64,000 bases of DNA from a virus (IMGVR_UViG_2593339134_000001), one strand, 5' to 3'; positions 1 to 10,512 are shown, counted from the first letter of the stretch. The notes: generated by a model not told the origin, from the letters alone. Made by a program: numbers and translations.

Positions 1-166
1 GCCCGAAGTCACGAATTATCCAAGAGTTTCCGCGCTTAAATATTTCTACATCCTTTGTTTTTGTCAAAATCTGCTCATCAAGCGCATTAGCAATTATTTC
101 TCTAATTGCATGATACGTTTCCCAATTTTCAAGAATTCTTTCAATATTCAAATCAAATTTTTTCAT
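1..166 (-). CDS. GHKL-type ATPase, 5' part only (runs off window; not in ORF track)
   Basis: Manual translation MKKFDLNIERILENWETYHAIREIIANALDEQ...WIIRDFG shows N-box (ExxxNAxD) and start of G1 box; AAGGAG RBS; AT-rich. Confidence 0.75.
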   Translation of the reverse strand, partial: MKKFDLNIERILENWETYHAIREIIANALDEQILTKTKDVEIFKRGNSWIIRDFG

Positions 167-435
167 GTGTCTGCTCCTTGTTTTTGACGCATATTCTTGG
201 AAACAGGGTATTACATGCCATCGTCCGCCCCATGTGGATAACTGGTGTTATGGCAAACCCAGCACTGGGTGCTGGACATCCTACACCCGTTCAACAATCC
301 CAACAACTGTCGTCCATCGTATGGCGCACCCAAAACACAACCACCGTCACGAATCCAGGGCCGAAGCCCCGTTCCTGACCTCCAGGACAGGCGAGATCGC
401 CGACACTGGAACCTCCACTGCCCGGATGAAGCCAT

Positions 436-834
436 TCAGTTCAAAGCCCTATTCCCTACGCTGAGTAGCGTGTAAAACACGAAATAACCAAGCATTGAGA
501 GAATGAAGAAGGCCGGGATCGTGGCAATCGCCCACTTCACCATCAGGAAAACCATGTCCCAAAATGGAATGTCCACGCCAACAAGCACCACATCATTGGC
601 GTTTAGCGGCCTTAGTTGAGTGTTGATTTTGATTGTAGATGATCCCCTTTCTTGGGTGGTTTCCGTATCCGGCGATTTGCCGCCTTTTGCAAGGGTGACC
701 AATAGCGCCAGAATAACCAAAACTATAAAAATGACCAAGCCGAGCAATGGATTTGCGTGGGATTCGCCTGTATAGCCATACGAATAAGCCGGGGCTAGCA
801 AAGACGCGATTATAAAAGCGGGATATGTTTTCAC
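436..834 (-). CDS. Membrane protein (moron)
   Basis: GTG at 834 after AGGAAGG; signal-like N-terminus and hydrophobic segments (VDIPFWDMVFLMVKWAIATIP). Confidence 0.6.
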   Translation of the reverse strand: MKTYPAFIIASLLAPAYSYGYTGESHANPLLGLVIFIVLVILALLVTLAKGGKSPDTETTQERGSSTIKINTQLRPLNANDVVLVGVDIPFWDMVFLMVKWAIATIPAFFILSMLGYFVFYTLLSVGNRALN

Positions 835-1006
835 GGCGAGCCTTCCTATGTTCGATGTGTCTTTGAATCCTAGTCGATACAGCGGACTGGTCAAGCCATA
901 GGGACCACTTCCAGGAATAGTCACCAGCCCAACCGCGCCCTGGCGACTATTTGGACGAATAATCACCAGCCAGTGGTAGGTTCCCGCCGCATGATGCGCC
1001 GGCCCC

Positions 1007-1023
1007 GGTCGTGACTTCAAAAT
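1007..1023 (+). promoter_or_regulatory. Putative late promoter, copy 1
   Basis: GGTCGTGAC-ttc-AaaaT upstream of the 1054 gene. Confidence 0.7.
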
Positions 1024-1053
1024 CCCGGCCATCTATCCAGCCGCGCCACGCCC

Positions 1054-4000
1054 ATGCTCTACCTGCTGTTCACGCCCGCCGACCTCCTGAAGGCCGAACA
1101 ACTCGGCCTCTTCGACATGCCCACCCAGGTCCGCGCCCACACCCGCAAGGACGGCGCGGTCGTCGCGCCGCACATCCGCTTGCAGAAAAAGCGCCTGCAT
1201 CCGCAAGGCGGACAGCACGACCTATTCGGCCACGCCGAGCCCAGGACCGAGGCCCACAAACTGGGGCGGCTGGGCCAGTTCGTCCACAAGCACGGCGGCT
1301 ATCGGCGGCTGCTGTCGATCCTGGCGGGCCTGCCCGAGCCGCAGCGCGACAAGCTCCACGAGAGCATGGCCGAGGTGGCCCGCAAGCCGGTGGCGATGGT
1401 GCGGGAGTTTTTGGCGTTGGGGGCGAAGCATGAGGCACCGGCGAAGGGTGGGACGGCGCTGACCGGCGAGGAGGTGGCGGGGGAGGTCAGCCCGCACGAT
1501 GCGCCCAGCCGGGGCGAGGTTGGCCCAAGCGAAGGCGACACGAAGGAAGAAAACGGCCATCGCTACGTCCTGCGCGATAGCCGGTGGCATCGAATCAATG
1601 AGGAATCTACGGATGAAAATACTGGACCTACCCAGGGTGATGAAGAACAAGGTGCATCGGCTGGTGCGGGCGGAACTGCGGACGAGGTCTCTGGCGTTCC
1701 ATCGGAGGGTGGCGCGGGCGCAGAACCGGAAAGCACTGAACCAGCGCATGACCCAGTGGCCCACGCCGAGGCCAAGCAAGACCTTGCCGACGAACTCCTG
1801 ACCAACCCCGACAGCGAACGGGCGGCGGAGTTGGCGCGGAAGGTGGCGGACGGCTTCAAGGCCGGCCAACTGGAAAAGTTGCGGACCAAGATCGAGGAGA
1901 TGGGCGGCAAGGCCAAGGTGGCCGAAGCCATCAAGCACGAAATCGGCAAGTCCGGCGGGTTGGATGCAGGCGGCGTCAAAAGCCGCGCGGTCGCCCTGGT
2001 CGATGGGCTGGCAACCTCCCTCAACCTGTCGCGCGATGAGGTGTTGGCCGAACTCGGCCTGAAGGAGGTCCGGCGCAAGGCCCGCGCCACCCCCCAGAAG
2101 CCCAAGAACACCTTGGAAACCGGCGGCGACTTTTCCGACGACGATCCCAATTCGCCCAACTATCGTTTCCGCGATACCGGCTACATCGGCGGCAGCCGCA
2201 AAGAACTGGCCGCCCAGATGATCCGGCAGGCGGGTCGCGAGGGACGGCAACTCCGCGCCACCGATATTGATTGGCAGGAGATCGAACAAAACCCCCGCGA
2301 GGCCAAGGAACTCATCACCAAGAGCAACCTGTTCGGCGCCGTCGATTGGGATGCGCTCAAGGCGGGTGGCATGGAACCGGGGGCCGGGTTCCTTGTGGAC
2401 CGCGTTTATGCCAGCCTTGCGCCCGAACCCCCCGAAGACAGCGCCCAGGCCCGGCGGGATTATGCCGTCGGCCTGGAAAGCCTCCGTACCCGCCTTGAAG
2501 CCTGCAAAACCCCCGACGAGGTGACGGATGCCCTCAACACCCTGCGCGACGAATACGAGGGTGCGATCCTGAATGCCCAGGAAGCGGCGGACTACCAGAA
2601 GGCGCAGGGGATTTACCGGGGGATCGCCGACCGGCGATGGGCGCTTTCCAAAGAGCGCGATGCGCTGGTGCAGGCCATGATCAACCCCGGCCACGAGGCC
2701 AGCGCCCTGGGGTATAAGCAACAACGCCGATTGGATAAGGGATGGAAGGCCGACCCGGCCTTGGAGGGGCAAATCCGCCAACTCAAGGCCGCTGCCGAGC
2801 AAGCGCGGGCCGACCTGGAAGAGTGGGATGCCCGGCACCCCGAGGTGGCGAAGGGCCGCACCGACAGCCCGATGGCGCAGGCCGTGGGCCAAGCCTACGG
2901 TGTGATGCGCTCCATCGTCGAAAAGGCCAAGGCCCGCAACCAAGAGGAGAACCCGGTCCATCGCGCTTGGAAACTCATGGGGCCGCGATTCCTGGGCATC
3001 CTCAACTACCGGCGGCGCGAGGGGTCGGACGCTTTCCGCGAACACCTGGCCGCAGCCAAAATCGGCAAGATCGAGGATTGGTCCTGGGCCGAAAAGGAGC
3101 GCAAGACGGTCGATGCGCCCAAAGCCACGAAGGGCCAAGTCCGGTTTCAATTGCAAGTCGCCGAAACCTTCGAGCGCAAGGGCGGCCAGCCGGTCAAGGT
3201 GGCTTCCACGGCGGCGCTCAAGGCGATGTTCGGCCTGCGTGACGTGCAGTCCGGCAACTGGGTGCTGTCCGACCCGGCTGCGGCGGCATTCCACGTCCAG
3301 AAATCGGCGGAGGCATTGTCCGACTTGGCCGACCTGTTGGACGTGGAACCCGGCCAGATCGCGATGAATGGTCGCGTGGCCCTGGCCTTCGGGGCGCGTG
3401 GGCGCGGCGCGGCTGGCGGCATGGCGGCCAGGGCGCATTATGAGCCTGTCCACCGCACCATCAACCTCACGAAGCTGGGGGGCGGCGGCTCGCTGGGGCA
3501 TGAGCTTTTCCATGCCATCGACAACCTCATCGGTGAAGTTGAAACCGGGCAAGCCAGCAGCAAGGACGTATATGCCAGCGAAGACCCCGCGCTACTGCCA
3601 GAGGGGGAGTTGCGCGATGCCATGATCGCATTCCGCCGCGCCATGCTGGACGGCCCCCACCGGCTGGGCGAGAAGATCAGGTACACCGACAAGGACGTGA
3701 AGACGGCACGCTACAACATCGACCGATCCATCACGCGGGGCGTGGCCGGGATCATCAAGGCCGCGGGCGATATCCATGCCGCCGTGCGGGCGGTGGATGC
3801 CCATTTCGCCGGACGCACGGACAAGATGTCCGAGAAGAACCGCAAGGACTGGCGCAAGATGGCCGCCGCCTATTACGACGCCAAGCCCGCCGGAGGGGAA
3901 GCCCTGGTCGAGTCCGGGCCGACCCTGTCCGCGTTCGCCTTCGAGGCCTCCAAACTCGACAGCGACGACCACGGCAAATATTGGAGCAAGCCCCGCGAAA

Positions 4001-4233
4001 TGGCGGCCAGGGCGTTCCAAGCGTGGTGCGAAGACCGGTTGGCGGGGCAAGGGCGGCGCAACGATTACTTGTCTTCGATGGCCGACAACCGCTACTACCG
4101 TCTATTGGATCAAAAACCCTTCCCCGAAGGCGAGGAACGCGACCGTATCAACATGGCGCTGGATGGCTTGGTGGTGGCGCTGCGGAAGGCCGGGACGCTG
4201 GCGAAGGCGTTTGGGCTGCTGAAAGCCGCCTAG
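1054..4233 (+). CDS. Large polyvalent protein with C-terminal LPD1 (zincin-like) domain
   Basis: VQSGNWV...LAFGARG...AHYEP...INLTK..GGGSLGHELFHAIDN (HExxH) and YWS...EMAARAF...NDYL. Confidence 0.8.
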   Translation: MLYLLFTPADLLKAEQLGLFDMPTQVRAHTRKDGAVVAPHIRLQKKRLHPQGGQHDLFGHAEPRTEAHKLGRLGQFVHKHGGYRRLLSILAGLPEPQRDKLHESMAEVARKPVAMVREFLALGAKHEAPAKGGTALTGEEVAGEVSPHDAPSRGEVGPSEGDTKEENGHRYVLRDSRWHRINEESTDENTGPTQGDEEQGASAGAGGTADEVSGVPSEGGAGAEPESTEPAHDPVAHAEAKQDLADELLTNPDSERAAELARKVADGFKAGQLEKLRTKIEEMGGKAKVAEAIKHEIGKSGGLDAGGVKSRAVALVDGLATSLNLSRDEVLAELGLKEVRRKARATPQKPKNTLETGGDFSDDDPNSPNYRFRDTGYIGGSRKELAAQMIRQAGREGRQLRATDIDWQEIEQNPREAKELITKSNLFGAVDWDALKAGGMEPGAGFLVDRVYASLAPEPPEDSAQARRDYAVGLESLRTRLEACKTPDEVTDALNTLRDEYEGAILNAQEAADYQKAQGIYRGIADRRWALSKERDALVQAMINPGHEASALGYKQQRRLDKGWKADPALEGQIRQLKAAAEQARADLEEWDARHPEVAKGRTDSPMAQAVGQAYGVMRSIVEKAKARNQEENPVHRAWKLMGPRFLGILNYRRREGSDAFREHLAAAKIGKIEDWSWAEKERKTVDAPKATKGQVRFQLQVAETFERKGGQPVKVASTAALKAMFGLRDVQSGNWVLSDPAAAAFHVQKSAEALSDLADLLDVEPGQIAMNGRVALAFGARGRGAAGGMAARAHYEPVHRTINLTKLGGGGSLGHELFHAIDNLIGEVETGQASSKDVYASEDPALLPEGELRDAMIAFRRAMLDGPHRLGEKIRYTDKDVKTARYNIDRSITRGVAGIIKAAGDIHAAVRAVDAHFAGRTDKMSEKNRKDWRKMAAAYYDAKPAGGEALVESGPTLSAFAFEASKLDSDDHGKYWSKPREMAARAFQAWCEDRLAGQGRRNDYLSSMADNRYYRLLDQKPFPEGEERDRINMALDGLVVALRKAGTLAKAFGLLKAA

Positions 4234-4235
4234 CG

Positions 4236-4252
4236 GGTCGTGACATTACGCT
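4236..4252 (+). promoter_or_regulatory. Putative late promoter, copy 2
   Basis: GGTCGTGAC-att-AcgcT, intergenic. Confidence 0.7.
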
Positions 4253-4282
4253 GGCTCCAATTTCGCACGGGAGACCCTTCCA

Positions 4283-4741
4283 ATGTCCGACTCGCCACGG
4301 GATAACGCTCCGCTGACCGGGGGGCTCAAGTTCGCCGCCAAGTTCGTGGCCGGTGTGATGCACCTACGGGCCCTCTGCCAATTCGAGGGCGTGGACGGCA
4401 TGGCCGACGTGTCGGCTGATAATCCGTTGCCGGTGGCGCTGATGGGCGGCGGCAGTATTGCCGTTTCGGGCACGTCTGCCTCCATGCCCGCCGTGGTCGA
4501 TGTGTCCGGCTCGCCCGGCCCGGTCACAGTCACGGTGATTCCCGGCGCGGGCAACACCAGCAAGGCCGAATATTCGACCACGCCGGGCGCGGCCACCCAC
4601 CCCGGTGCCGCGAACTGGCAGGCGTGGCCCCCCGGCACCGTCTCCGTCATCGCCACCGATGTCTTCCTGGGGCGGCTGGCGGCGCTGCGCTTCACCCGCG
4701 TCACCGGGTCCGCCACCGACACCTACGAGGTGCTGGCATGA
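4283..4741 (+). CDS. Hypothetical virion-associated protein
   Basis: ORF after late motif; beta-rich composition; ATGA overlap with next gene. Confidence 0.55.
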   Translation: MSDSPRDNAPLTGGLKFAAKFVAGVMHLRALCQFEGVDGMADVSADNPLPVALMGGGSIAVSGTSASMPAVVDVSGSPGPVTVTVIPGAGNTSKAEYSTTPGAATHPGAANWQAWPPGTVSVIATDVFLGRLAALRFTRVTGSATDTYEVLA

Positions 4742-5379
4742 ACGGGTGGGCTTCCAGGATGGCGGCGCTACCCGCCTTCGCGTGGGCCGCCCGGCCATCG
4801 GCCCAGTCCTACGCGGGCCGGATGATCCGCGTCACCGATTACGGCGTGGGCCACGGCTCACTGTGGTTCTCCGATGGCTCCGCTTGGCGATTGGTCGGCC
4901 CCACGGAGGTCTACAACACCACGACCGATTTCGTCGGCACCTACGCCGGGGCCACGCTGGTGGCCCAGGCCATGTTCCCGGCGGGTCTGTTGCGGGTGGG
5001 CGATGTGCTGGCGTTGGTCATCCGCACGCTGAAATCGGGGACCGCCGATGCGTTCGCCCGGAATATCCGGTTCGGCGGCACCGGGGATATAGGCGTCGAT
5101 AGCAGCGTGTTCTCGTTGGGGTATGGGTCCACCAATACCCACACCGCCGAGAATCCACGCCTCAAGATCGTTTCGGCCACGTCGATCCGGGTCACGACCA
5201 TCGGCTCGACCACTTCGTTCAGCGGCGGCACGTCCGCCGTCGGCGCGACCGATACCACGATCCCGGACATCGCCGCGAACAATAGCTACCTCAGTATCAC
5301 CTTCAACAAGAACGCCGGGTCGGCGGGGGAAACCCTCACCACCAAGGAATTGACGATCATCCACCATCCCGGACCCTAG
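4738..5379 (+). CDS. Putative fibre/decoration protein
   Basis: Start re-assigned to ATG 4738; Thr/Gly/Ser-rich. Confidence 0.5.
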   Translation: MNGWASRMAALPAFAWAARPSAQSYAGRMIRVTDYGVGHGSLWFSDGSAWRLVGPTEVYNTTTDFVGTYAGATLVAQAMFPAGLLRVGDVLALVIRTLKSGTADAFARNIRFGGTGDIGVDSSVFSLGYGSTNTHTAENPRLKIVSATSIRVTTIGSTTSFSGGTSAVGATDTTIPDIAANNSYLSITFNKNAGSAGETLTTKELTIIHHPGP

Positions 5380-5384
5380 TCGCC

Positions 5385-5738
5385 ATGCAAAACGTCAAGA
5401 CCCTCCAAGCCCGCGACGCCCTCAAGCCGGTCCTGGCCGTCCACGTGGAGGCCGATGATTCCTGGGATTGCTACTTGCATGGGGATGAATTGCCACCGGT
5501 GGCCGCGCCGATCCCTATCGCGGCCTGCTCGTCTTGGCAGTTGCGCCGGTATCTCAACCAGAGTGGGTTGAGGAACGCGGTGGATGCCTATATGGCGTCG
5601 GCGGACCAAGACACCCAGGATGGCTGGGCGACCGCTTCGGTGTTCCTCAGCACCGATCCTTTTGTCGCGGCGGCGGCTGGCGCCCTCGGTCTCGACCCCT
5701 ACGCCATCATCGGCGCCGCCTCGGAAATGGTGGGTTGA
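5385..5738 (+). CDS. Fibre-associated small protein
   Basis: SWQLRRYLNQSGLRNAVDA...W.TA..F resembles small proteins found after phage fibre genes. Confidence 0.5.
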   Translation: MQNVKTLQARDALKPVLAVHVEADDSWDCYLHGDELPPVAAPIPIAACSSWQLRRYLNQSGLRNAVDAYMASADQDTQDGWATASVFLSTDPFVAAAAGALGLDPYAIIGAASEMVG

Positions 5739-5751
5739 GCATCGCGTCCCC

Positions 5752-5768
5752 GGTCGTGACTTGAAAAT
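5752..5768 (+). promoter_or_regulatory. Putative late promoter, copy 3
   Basis: GGTCGTGAC-ttg-AaaaT, intergenic. Confidence 0.7.
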
Positions 5769-5798
5769 GCGGGCGGTTTCCCACGGACTGCCCGCGCC

Positions 5799-8700
5799 AT
5801 GCCTTCTATCATCCTGGTCTTCCCCTCCGGCAACCGCTATCCCATCCCGCCCGGGCATTACCGCTTCGATGACGCCCTGGCCAAGAGCCACGGGGCGGCC
5901 CCTGCCGGAAGCCGCTGGATCACGGTCCATCCCAACGGCCACGAAGAAAAGGGCGTCCCGGTCCTGGTCCAGGAACACAAACCCGGCTCCGGCGTGTACC
6001 ACGTCATCGGCGGCGCGGGCGGCAAGCTCAACCACCTGCGCTTGCGCGGCCTGAAGCCCCAATCCGATTACAAGCAGCACGCCCGCGAACGCCTGAAGGA
6101 AAAGCAACTCGTCGCCAAGCAACAGCGCAAACGCGACCAGGAAAGCGGCATGGCCGAGGCCAAGAAAGCGGCCAAGGCCGGTGTCCTGGACCGCAAGCGA
6201 CAGAAGCAGGGCGAGTTCATCAATACCGTGGCCCAGGCCATGGGCTGGAAGGACCACGAGTTCAACGAAGCCGACCATGCCGACCTACCCGAGGCCGCGC
6301 AGAAGCAGGCCCGCGAACAGCATCACCGGGAAATGCTCAAGCGCGCCCACGAAGCCGTGAACCTGCAACGCGACCGGCTGGTATCGGATCAGGAGGCCCG
6401 CGCCGAGGCCGGTCTGGGCGGTGTGCCGCTGACCACCGAGGACCCCGACAAACTATCCGTCGCCGACATCGACCCGGTGAAGCCCGAGGGCGCGGGGGGA
6501 CTGGGTTATTCCACCGATTTCAAGGCCCGCGCCGAGACCATGGGGGCGACCGACGAAGCCGTAAAGACCGAGGCCGCCCAGGTCAAGGCCGAACGGGAAG
6601 CCGGGAAGCCCAGGAAGGCGGAAGGGGAGGGTGGTGGTAAGAAAACCGCCGCCGGTGAAGGTGGGGGTACCGCCAAACCCAAGGGGACCGCCGGGAAGAT
6701 CGCCCAGGCGTTGGAAACCCTCCGCGAGGAACCCGCCACGGCGCCCTTGAAGAAACTGGTGGACGCCAAGACCGCCGTGAAGCTGATGAAGGCGCAGAAG
6801 GCGCTCAAACTCACGGAAAAAGCCGCGGTCGACGCCAACAAGGACATTGATAAATCCGACCGCATCAAGGCGTACAACCTTGAAGTGTCCGCCGATGATC
6901 CCGACCTGGATACCAAGGTCGCCGAAGACTTGGAAAACAACCTGCGCACCGCCGCCACCCGTTCATTCTTGGCGGAAGTCGCCGACAAGGACGAACAACA
7001 ACTCCGGCGGCATATCGGTGTCGGCGCGTTCAACTCGATCAATTCCCTGGCCTTGGCCGCCGGGGGCGATGCGCTGGTGGACCGCTCCGTGGTGGATGTG
7101 CTGGGCATCGCGGGCGCGGCGCAAGTCCTGGCCCGGCGGCTGCACGCCGATATGTCCAAGGCGGAAATCGAACAACTACAACAAGGCTTTGAGGATTGGC
7201 ACGTAAACCATTACATGGAGACCTCCCAGGCCGTGCTGGACCAAGCCAAGGAACTACAAAAGCGGGCGGCGGAAATGGCGCTGGACGAGGCCCACGACGG
7301 CCACGACCTCGCCGCCGGGAAGGAAGTTATGCGGCGCAAGCTGGCCGCCCTGGCGGAATCCGACAAAATCCTCGGCACCGCCCTGGGCGAGATGGAGGCC
7401 AACGCCGCGTTGGTCATGGCGCTGCGGCAGGGCAGGACCGATAAACCAGTCGAGGTGCCCCTGGGCGGCATCGGTGACGAGGACGCCATCCGGCAGGTCC
7501 GCGCCATCGGCTTGAAGCCCGGCGACTACAGCCTCGACCGGATCGGCACCAACACGGTGTTGACGGTGACGCCGGCGGGGCTGGACCGGCTGGCGAAGCC
7601 CATGGCCCGCGACGAGTTGACCCGCGTGCGCCGGAACCTGGACATCATCGAGGGCAAGCACGACGAGGACGACTGGCTCCCGATGGGCGTGGCGAACCGG
7701 CCCGACCTCGGGATGCCGGATTTGAAACCGGGCATCGCGCCCACCCTGGCGGAACCCTTCCGGCCCGGCCCGGACCTTGCGCGGTCCATGCGCGACTATA
7801 TCGGCGGGCGGATCGCGGATGGCGACAGCCCGGCGGACATCCTGGCGGACCTGCAATCGCAACCGATGATCGACAAGGCCGGGGCCGACCGTTACCGCGA
7901 CTACATGGCGGCGCTGGATGCGGTGATGCCGCTCAAAGACCCGAAGACCGGCAAACTCCGGCCCGTGGAAGCACTCAAGCCGGAACTCGAAAAGATGGCC
8001 GACGAGTTCACGGCGTCGCGCCATGGCGGCACCCTGGCCCCACTGCACCGGCAACGGTTCGAGGTGGACCAGAAGGCGGTGGATGCACTGCATCGGGCAT
8101 TGGCCGCGCACCCCGAAGGCGTGGCCGCCTACAAGTCCATCGGGGAACTGACGAACCAAGATCAGCGGGCGCTACGGGAATTCTTCCATGCCAACATCGC
8201 CAAGGAGGACGTGGACGCGGCGGACCTGCGGCACCGGTTGGAGCGAGTCCAGGGCGAGGAACCCGAGAAGGAAGTCGAGGATATGTTCGGGGAGGTTTCC
8301 GAGAACCCCGATTGGCGGGAATGGAAAGCGCACCGGGACCAACTCGCCGAAAAGGTCAACGCCGCTTCGTTGACTTGGGACAAGTACGCCAAGATGATGC
8401 GCGGCCACACCCACGCCTACGCCTCGATCCAGGATTTGATCCGGTCGAACGTCGCGCAGAAGTTCGCCGAGGAACACAACCGCCTGCGCCCCGACGCGCC
8501 GCTCAAACTGGGTCGGGAGGTGATCCGCGGCAACCTGAACCACCTGGACGCCGTGGACCCCAAGGCCCGCGACGAACGGCTGGCGAAGGAACGCGCCCTG
8601 GTGGATTCCCTGCGGAACCGCGAGGGCGGCAAATACGCGGCGGGGTCGGTGGCCGACAAGCTGGATGCGGCGCGGGAACGGCAGGAGGCGTTCGGACAGG

Positions 8701-10466
8701 CGCAAATCGGCCTGTTCGGCGGGGAGGACGACCTGTTCGGCGATACTTCGCCCGCGATGAAGGCGAAACCACTCGGGGCCGATGAGCGCCATACCCTCGG
8801 CCATGCCGCCGAATCGCAAATCGCCCGGATGATGTCGATTGTGGGGCCGAATTTTCGGCCAGGGAAGCCCACCAAGATTTGGCGGCCCGTGATGGGGAGC
8901 CGCGATGCGGAAGGTGGGAAGAACAAGGATTTCGTGCGGCAACGGGCCATCAAGCACATCGTCGCGAACGAGCGGACGGTGCTGGCCGCCGGGGTGGGCA
9001 CCGGCAAGACGCTCGTGGGCCTGGGTGCCTTCACCCACCTGCACGGCCAGGGCAAGGCCAAGCGCGGCCTATTCTTGGTGCCGTCGGCGGTGCAGTCGCA
9101 GTTTTCCGGGGAAGCCCTGCGCTACCTCGAACCCGGCAAGTTCAATTGGCACATCGAACCCGGTGCCAGCCAGGCCGAACGCATCGCGGCCTACAAAGAC
9201 CCGTCCAGGCACTTCGCGGTGATGACCCACGCGGGATTCCGCGACGACATGATCCACCTGGGCGCGAAACACGCCGGCATCGACGAAAAGGCCATGTCCG
9301 AGCGCTTGGGCGCGATGAAACCGGCGGAGCGGCGGGCCTGGGCCAAGGGCGTGATGGACAAGGAAGGGATCGATTTCGATTACCTGAACGTGGACGAGGG
9401 CGACAACCTCCTCAACCGGCGCGGGAAAGAGAATTCCACCCTGGCGAACGTGGTGGACTCGGTGTCGGCCCATACGCCCTATTACGTGTCGGCCTCGGCG
9501 GACCCGGTGAAGAACGACGTGTCGGAGTCGTTCGACGTGTTGGCGAAGATGGACCCCGAGCGCTACAACGACCGCGCCGCGTTCCTGCGCCGCTACGGCC
9601 CGAACACGGAAGCCGCGCAGGAGGGCTTGAGGCGCGAAATGGCCCGCTACTGGTTCCCGGCCAGCGTGGAATCCGGCGTGAAGGCCGATAAGCGCGAGGA
9701 GCCAGTCGAGTTGACCCCGGACCAGCACGCCGCGCTCAAGGAGGTGTCGAAGCTGGCGGCGCGGGCCAGGATCGCCCGCATGGAAGGCAAGGTGGACGTG
9801 GACGCGCTCAGGCGGCTGTCGCCGACCTCGTTCCATGGCGTGCCGGAGGAGCGGCACGAGGCGCTTGCCAAGCAACTACAGGCCGGGCTGGGCATGGTGA
9901 AGGCGGCGGCCACGCGGCGGATCATCGACGCGCATCCCCAGGGGGCGAAGGTCGGGCGCATCGCCCAACTGGCGAAGGAGCGCAAGGGCAAGCCGGGCGT
10001 GGTGTTCGCGCACAGCCTGGACGCCGTGAACGCCATCGCCGACCGGCTCAAGCGGGAAGGGCATCGCGTGGTGACGCTGACCGGGGTGGATTCCGGCAAG
10101 GACAAGGACGCCAAGCGGCTGGCGTTCCAACCGGAGGCCGGGGAGGCGAAGGCCGATATTATGGTGGCTTCGGACGCGGCGGCGGCAGGGATCAACTTGC
10201 AGCGGGGACAATGGCTCGTGCATAGCGACGTGCCCGACACGGCCCGGACCCACGCGCAGAGGTCGGGTCGGATCGACCGGGTGGGCCAAAGGAACGATGT
10301 GGAGTTGATCGACCTCGTTGCGAACCATCCAGCGGAACGGGCAGCGCGGGAACGGCTCAAGACCAAGTATGGTTTGCGGGAGTTGATGACTTCGCCGATG
10401 GAGGGGCTGGATGATAGCGGTCTGGGTTATTTTCTCAGGCGGAGACAGGCGGAGCAGGGCGGGTAA
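5799..10466 (+). CDS. Large SNF2/SF2 helicase-domain protein (DarB-like polyvalent protein)
   Basis: Motif I GVGTGKT, II VDEGD, III SASADP, V AGINLQ, VI QRSGRIDRVGQ; N-terminal RWITVHPNG motif. Confidence 0.8.
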   Translation: MPSIILVFPSGNRYPIPPGHYRFDDALAKSHGAAPAGSRWITVHPNGHEEKGVPVLVQEHKPGSGVYHVIGGAGGKLNHLRLRGLKPQSDYKQHARERLKEKQLVAKQQRKRDQESGMAEAKKAAKAGVLDRKRQKQGEFINTVAQAMGWKDHEFNEADHADLPEAAQKQAREQHHREMLKRAHEAVNLQRDRLVSDQEARAEAGLGGVPLTTEDPDKLSVADIDPVKPEGAGGLGYSTDFKARAETMGATDEAVKTEAAQVKAEREAGKPRKAEGEGGGKKTAAGEGGGTAKPKGTAGKIAQALETLREEPATAPLKKLVDAKTAVKLMKAQKALKLTEKAAVDANKDIDKSDRIKAYNLEVSADDPDLDTKVAEDLENNLRTAATRSFLAEVADKDEQQLRRHIGVGAFNSINSLALAAGGDALVDRSVVDVLGIAGAAQVLARRLHADMSKAEIEQLQQGFEDWHVNHYMETSQAVLDQAKELQKRAAEMALDEAHDGHDLAAGKEVMRRKLAALAESDKILGTALGEMEANAALVMALRQGRTDKPVEVPLGGIGDEDAIRQVRAIGLKPGDYSLDRIGTNTVLTVTPAGLDRLAKPMARDELTRVRRNLDIIEGKHDEDDWLPMGVANRPDLGMPDLKPGIAPTLAEPFRPGPDLARSMRDYIGGRIADGDSPADILADLQSQPMIDKAGADRYRDYMAALDAVMPLKDPKTGKLRPVEALKPELEKMADEFTASRHGGTLAPLHRQRFEVDQKAVDALHRALAAHPEGVAAYKSIGELTNQDQRALREFFHANIAKEDVDAADLRHRLERVQGEEPEKEVEDMFGEVSENPDWREWKAHRDQLAEKVNAASLTWDKYAKMMRGHTHAYASIQDLIRSNVAQKFAEEHNRLRPDAPLKLGREVIRGNLNHLDAVDPKARDERLAKERALVDSLRNREGGKYAAGSVADKLDAARERQEAFGQAQIGLFGGEDDLFGDTSPAMKAKPLGADERHTLGHAAESQIARMMSIVGPNFRPGKPTKIWRPVMGSRDAEGGKNKDFVRQRAIKHIVANERTVLAAGVGTGKTLVGLGAFTHLHGQGKAKRGLFLVPSAVQSQFSGEALRYLEPGKFNWHIEPGASQAERIAAYKDPSRHFAVMTHAGFRDDMIHLGAKHAGIDEKAMSERLGAMKPAERRAWAKGVMDKEGIDFDYLNVDEGDNLLNRRGKENSTLANVVDSVSAHTPYYVSASADPVKNDVSESFDVLAKMDPERYNDRAAFLRRYGPNTEAAQEGLRREMARYWFPASVESGVKADKREEPVELTPDQHAALKEVSKLAARARIARMEGKVDVDALRRLSPTSFHGVPEERHEALAKQLQAGLGMVKAAATRRIIDAHPQGAKVGRIAQLAKERKGKPGVVFAHSLDAVNAIADRLKREGHRVVTLTGVDSGKDKDAKRLAFQPEAGEAKADIMVASDAAAAGINLQRGQWLVHSDVPDTARTHAQRSGRIDRVGQRNDVELIDLVANHPAERAARERLKTKYGLRELMTSPMEGLDDSGLGYFLRRRQAEQGG

Positions 10467-10495
10467 GTCCCATCCCGATAGTTCCCCACCCCCCA

Positions 10496-10512
10496 GGTCG
10501 TGACATCACCTT
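10496..10512 (+). promoter_or_regulatory. Putative late promoter, copy 4
   Basis: GGTCGTGAC-atc-AcctT, intergenic. Confidence 0.7.

Noticed and set aside
1222-3552. Long antisense ORFs (also 12365-13837, 43136-44839, 58369-59724)
   Set aside because: Shadow frames of GC-rich genes with no motifs
5191-5199. GGTCGTGAC on minus strand
   Set aside because: Intragenic, antisense, lacks the A-N3-T element; likely chance
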